Shown here: positions 27,001 to 29,853 of the stretch, in pieces | Position numbering within the stretch: position 1 is the stretch's first letter | How the letters are laid out: every line of letters starts with the position of its first letter | NCBI GenBank assembly: GCA_048632005.1 | Contig: JAIWEW010000001.1 | Span: 1 to 29,853 of the forward strand | Length of the DNA stretch: 29,853 nt | Direction of reading: 5' to 3' | From: a bacterium | GTDB lineage: Bacteria; Chloroflexota; Dehalococcoidia; E44-bin15 | Notes under the pieces: generated by a model | Seen by the model: only the letters and a program-made list of their open reading frames with translations | Told to the model about the DNA's origin: nothing | Database searches by the model: none | Program-made: the position numbers and the translations under genes

Positions 27001-27093
27001 GATGGTGAAGGCGATCAATACAGGTATGAGATACGCTGCCCAATCAGGTAAATAGTTCAGCAGCCAATTCTGGAATTGCTCGAGAACTCCCAC
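24031..27093 (-). CDS. nuoH-nuoI: NuoH-NuoI fusion with a GltD/NfnB-like FAD/Fe-S NAD(P)H oxidoreductase inserted inside NuoI (~1020 aa)
   Basis: One uninterrupted ORF containing NuoH motifs, the NuoI N-terminus, a GltD-like body and both NuoI CxxCxxCxxxCP motifs. Likely start is GTG 27093, overlapping the nuoD stop with GAGGTG 8 nt upstream, rather than ATG 27117. Confidence 0.9.
   Translation of the reverse strand: [1020 protein letters not shown]
24034..24417 (-). other. nuoI: NuoI C-terminal 2x[4Fe-4S] segment of the fusion
   Basis: [12 protein letters not shown]...[20 protein letters not shown]...YEASCYRR. Confidence 0.92.
24049..24090. repeat. Imperfect 21-bp tandem duplication in the charged C-terminal tail of the fusion
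   Basis: CTCTACCTCATCCTCTACTAC / CTCTACTTTATCCTCTACTAC (19/21 identical), encoding [14 protein letters not shown] on the minus strand. Confidence 0.8.
24418..25842 (-). other. Inserted GltD/NfnB/SudA-like flavoprotein domain (~475 aa, circularly permuted)
   Basis: [54 protein letters not shown]; C-terminal EAKRCFNC. Confidence 0.92.
25843..25998 (-). other. nuoI: NuoI N-terminal segment of the fusion
   Basis: [26 protein letters not shown]...RARG...DERK matches the NuoI start up to its first Cys motif. Confidence 0.88.
25999..27093 (-). other. nuoH: NuoH domain of the fusion
   Basis: [72 protein letters not shown]. Confidence 0.95.
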
Positions 27094-28196
27094 TATCGAT
27101 CCACCTCGCCCATACAAATATCAATGCTGCCAAAGGTGACTATAGCATCGGCCAGCTTCCATCCGATAATCATATCGCGGAGTACGGTGAGGTTTATCAG
27201 TGCTGGGGGACGTACCTTGAAGCGATATGGTTTAGCAGAGCCATCGCTCACGATAAAAAAGCCCAGCTCTCCTTTGGGGCCCTCTACCCTGCCATAGGCT
27301 TCCCCTTTAGGCGGCTTGAAAGTCGGCGATACTCTGGTGCATACCTCCCCCTGGGGAAGCTGCTCCATTGCCTGTTTAACGATACGCACGCTCTGCTTCA
27401 TCTCCTCGATCTTCATACGATATCGATCGTAGTTATCGCCATTGGTGCCGGTGGGAACATCGAAATCGAATCGGTCATAAATGGAGTAGGGGTCGGACTT
27501 GCGCAGGTCCCACTTCACCCCGGTAGCACGCAGTACCGGGCCGGCGACCGATGCATTGACAGCTTTATCCGCCGTTAGAATACCTATCCCCTTGGTGCGG
27601 GCAAGTACGATTTCGTTTTCGGCAATAAGCTGATCGTATTCATCGATATAGCCGGGCATCTCATCGATAAAACGCTTTAGTGCCGGGATAAATTCGCCGG
27701 GGATATCGTGGCTAACCCCGCCGAAGCGCATATAGTTATAGGTCAGTCGCTGCCCGCATGCCATCTCAAAGAGATCCAGGATCTTTTCCCGCTCCCGTAA
27801 CATATAGAGGACCGGCGTCATGAAGGCTCCCATGTCATTGAGGAAAAAGCCTACCCCCATGAGATGACTTGCGATCCTCATGAGCTCAGCCATTATTATT
27901 CTGATATATTCTGCCCGCTCAGGCACCTCGATACCAGCAAGTTTTTCCACCGCCAGCACATAGGCAAAGTTATTGGACATCGCGGCCAGGTAGTCCAGCC
28001 TATCGGTAAACGGGATATTCTGAACATAGGTTTTGTGCTCGGCAAGCTTTTCAATTCCGCGATGGAGGTAACCGAAGACGGGCTCCATATCGATGATAAC
28101 CTCGCCATCGAATGTGACCCTCATCCGAAACACCCCGTGGGTCGAGGGATGCGCCGGCCCCATATTAATAGTAACTGGTTCGGTATTAAGCGTCAT
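27093..28196 (-). CDS. nuoD: Complex I subunit D
   Basis: NMGPAHPSTHGVFR, GYLHRGIEK, DRLDY, EGPKGELG and GEVDR motifs; no NiFe CxxC motifs. Confidence 0.96.
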   Translation of the reverse strand: MTLNTEPVTINMGPAHPSTHGVFRMRVTFDGEVIIDMEPVFGYLHRGIEKLAEHKTYVQNIPFTDRLDYLAAMSNNFAYVLAVEKLAGIEVPERAEYIRIIMAELMRIASHLMGVGFFLNDMGAFMTPVLYMLREREKILDLFEMACGQRLTYNYMRFGGVSHDIPGEFIPALKRFIDEMPGYIDEYDQLIAENEIVLARTKGIGILTADKAVNASVAGPVLRATGVKWDLRKSDPYSIYDRFDFDVPTGTNGDNYDRYRMKIEEMKQSVRIVKQAMEQLPQGEVCTRVSPTFKPPKGEAYGRVEGPKGELGFFIVSDGSAKPYRFKVRPPALINLTVLRDMIIGWKLADAIVTFGSIDICMGEVDR

Positions 28197-28671
28197 TTAC
28201 CCCCTGCTTTGTCGCTTTTCCACCGCCTGGTACATCTATAATGAAATCTTTCCTCAGCGGATAGCCCTGGAATCCGTCCCAGAGGAAGATTCGTTTCATA
28301 TTCGGGTGCCCATCAAAGGAGATGCCCATTAGGTCATATATCTCCCGCTCCTGAAAATCGGCTCCCTGCCACAGGCTGACTACCGAGGGCACCTTGGGAT
28401 TCTCGCGCTCATCGCACCTCGTCTTTATAACGAGACTGTGGTTGCTAGTCAGAGAGGTAAATAGATAAGTCAGTTCGAAATAGTCGGTGTAATCGACGGC
28501 GGTGATGTTGTTGAGGTAATTTAGATCGAGGCTTTCTTTAAGAAAGCGTGCCACGTCAAGAAGTGCTTCACTACGGACGAAAACAGCCGTTTCATTTGAA
28601 TCAGTAACCGCATCGGGGAATTGATCCCCTATTTGCTGCGCAATATCTGATCCGGAAAGCGGCTTAGTCAT
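28186..28671 (-). CDS. nuoC: Complex I subunit C
   Basis: ITAVDY; QEREIYDLMGISFDGHPNMKRI; GYPLRKDF. Confidence 0.95.
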   Translation of the reverse strand: MTKPLSGSDIAQQIGDQFPDAVTDSNETAVFVRSEALLDVARFLKESLDLNYLNNITAVDYTDYFELTYLFTSLTSNHSLVIKTRCDERENPKVPSVVSLWQGADFQEREIYDLMGISFDGHPNMKRIFLWDGFQGYPLRKDFIIDVPGGGKATKQGVNDA

Positions 28672-28675
28672 CCTT

Positions 28676-29260
28676 CTATTTCTTTATGAGGTTGTCTGCT
28701 AAGACCTTGCGATGTAACTCCATGAGCCCGTGGAGTAGACCCTCGGGGCGCGGCGGGCACCCGGGGATATAAACGTCTACGGGCACGATCAGGTTTATCC
28801 CGGGAACTACGCTATAGGAACCGCGGAACGCACCGCCGCTGACCGTGCAGGCCCCCATAGCTACAACCCATTTCGGCTCGGCCATCTGATCGTAGATTCG
28901 TCTCAGGGCCGGGGCCATCTTCCAGGTGAGCGTGCCGGCAACGAGCAATAAGTCAGCCTGGCGTGGAGAGAAGCGCATAACCTCCATACCGAATCGAGAA
29001 AGATCATAGCGCGAAGCTGCAGCACAGATCATCTCGAAAGCACAGCAGGCAAGCCCAAGAAGAACCGGCCAGACAGAGTAGCGCTTCCCCCAGTCTATAA
29101 CATGCTCGGTTGAGGTAAGCAGTACATTTCGCTGAAGTTCCTCGTGGAGCCAGGCTACAGGATCGGGATACGGCTCCTTTGAAGCCGCCATGAGCGCATC
29201 GATTTCCGCACCCTCGACCCTATCGAGCTCGCTGCTCACATAGGGCCTCTCTATTTCCAC
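28676..29260 (-). CDS. nuoB: Complex I subunit B
   Basis: [22 protein letters not shown] and IPGCPPRPE motifs; start moved to GTG 29260, overlapping the end of nuoA. Confidence 0.95.
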   Translation of the reverse strand: MEIERPYVSSELDRVEGAEIDALMAASKEPYPDPVAWLHEELQRNVLLTSTEHVIDWGKRYSVWPVLLGLACCAFEMICAAASRYDLSRFGMEVMRFSPRQADLLLVAGTLTWKMAPALRRIYDQMAEPKWVVAMGACTVSGGAFRGSYSVVPGINLIVPVDVYIPGCPPRPEGLLHGLMELHRKVLADNLIKK

Positions 29261-29619
29261 TTCAGAACCCCCTTTTTCCACGCATAGACGAAACCGACCA
29301 TTATAATGAGCACAAATACCATCATCGCTACAAGCCCGAATAGCTTTAGCTGGCTTAATTCCACCGCCCATGGATAGAGGAAAACCACCTGTATATCGAA
29401 GATCACAAAGAGCAGGGCGAAGTAATAATAACGGAAGTTGAATCGAACCTGGGATTTACCTATAGTTTCCATGCCGCACTCGTAAGTAGTGTACTTGGTA
29501 GGGTTGGGCTTCCGGGGAACGATGTGCAGGAGCCTGAGGGTAACGGGGAGTAATATCATTGTTGCGGCAAAGCCAAGGGATAAGATGAGGAAGATTCCAA
29601 TGTAACCGAAGTTATCCAC
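29251..29619 (-). CDS. nuoA: Complex I subunit A
   Basis: [27 protein letters not shown] and [10 protein letters not shown] motifs; GTG start with RBS AGGAG. Confidence 0.95.
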   Translation of the reverse strand: MDNFGYIGIFLILSLGFAATMILLPVTLRLLHIVPRKPNPTKYTTYECGMETIGKSQVRFNFRYYYFALLFVIFDIQVVFLYPWAVELSQLKLFGLVAMMVFVLIIMVGFVYAWKKGVLKWK

Positions 29620-29682
29620 TAAATAACTTCTCCTTACTCCGCGATTCTATAGCAACTGGCAAATAATACACAAGCTCGCAAA

Positions 29683-29712
29683 ATTATACAATATGTCACC
29701 CTGTGTTGTAAA
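29683..29712 (-). promoter_or_regulatory. Putative sigma70-type promoter of the nuo operon
   Basis: Minus strand TTTACA (29712-29707), 18-nt spacer, TATAAT (29688-29683), ~65 nt upstream of nuoA. Confidence 0.6.
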
Positions 29713-29728
29713 GTGAAAAAAAGCACAA
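29711..29728. promoter_or_regulatory. Possible Rex-like operator abutting the -35
   Basis: Minus strand TTGTGCT-TTTT-TTCACTT matches 10/14 positions of TTGTGAA-N4-TTCACAA with correct spacing. Confidence 0.35.
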
Positions 29729-29777
29729 TATCGGAATTAGCTTACCCTTATTGTATAGAGGCTGCTGAAAAAGAGCT

Positions 29778-29853
29778 GCCGGATACATCCTGCCGGGGGC
29801 TTGGGTGTCCCCCAGCTTTAAAAACTCCCCCAAGATTGGGGGATATAGGGGGT
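29778..29853. repeat. GC-rich multi-hairpin (REP-like) intergenic element, probably cut by the window end
   Basis: TCCCCCA-AGAT-TGGGGGA (29826-29843), GGGGG...CCCCC (29795-29813) and GGAT-AC-ATCC (29781-29790); only one copy in this window. Confidence 0.5.

Noticed and set aside
27094-27117. ATG 27117 as start of the fusion
   Set aside because: It lies inside nuoD; GTG 27093 has a well-spaced RBS and stop-start coupling
353-28332. About 60 short ORFs on opposite strands or alternate frames (e.g. 2247-2726, 9286-9651, 10400-10807, 13579-14043, 22682-23110, 25000-25419)
   Set aside because: All lie within well-supported genes and show no recognisable motifs; treated as shadow ORFs
29261-29371. 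N-terminal extension of nuoB in the ORF track
   Set aside because: It overlaps nuoA in another frame and has no NuoB character; GTG 29260 fits better
17870-29619. Group 4 NiFe hydrogenase (Ech/Mbh/Hyf) or Mrp antiporter interpretation of the membrane cluster
   Set aside because: The NuoD-like subunit lacks both Ni-binding CxxC motifs and ends GEVDR; NuoB has the complex I tandem Cys-Cys; gene order is nuo-type
1-29853. CRISPR arrays, tRNA/rRNA, IS elements, selenocysteine read-through, pseudogenes
   Set aside because: No repeat-spacer pattern, RNA-gene signature, transposase, in-frame TGA at a conserved Cys, or frameshifted gene was seen by eye

Overview
A gene-dense anaerobic bacterial window, probably Chloroflexota/Dehalococcoidia. 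That assignment is inferred from gene order, protein style and a GC-rich hairpin element at the right edge; no database search was run. Left part (+ strand, 1-11906): one apparent operon of carboxylase and TCA-type genes. It holds an acyl-CoA carboxyltransferase, a small accessory ORF, a pyruvate/oxaloacetate carboxyltransferase fused to a biotin carrier, a LeuCD-type hydratase, an NADP-type IDH and MDH. It continues with a two-subunit fumarase whose genes are separated by a soluble fumarate-reductase-like module and a degenerate acyl-CoA dehydrogenase. Middle: a methyltransferase converging on a GT4-MTase-GT4 cluster, then nudF, argA and nadK. Right part (- strand, 17870-29619): an 11-subunit complex I operon (nuoA-B-C-D-H/I-J-K-L-M-[NUDIX]-N) with no nuoEFG. 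The standout is one ~1020-aa ORF that fuses NuoH to NuoI and carries a ~475-aa GltD/NfnB-like FAD/Fe-S NAD(P)H oxidoreductase inserted just before the first NuoI cysteine motif. This looks like a complex I with a covalently built-in, probably NADPH-specific electron-input module replacing NuoEFG. No rRNA, tRNA, CRISPR array or mobile element was seen.
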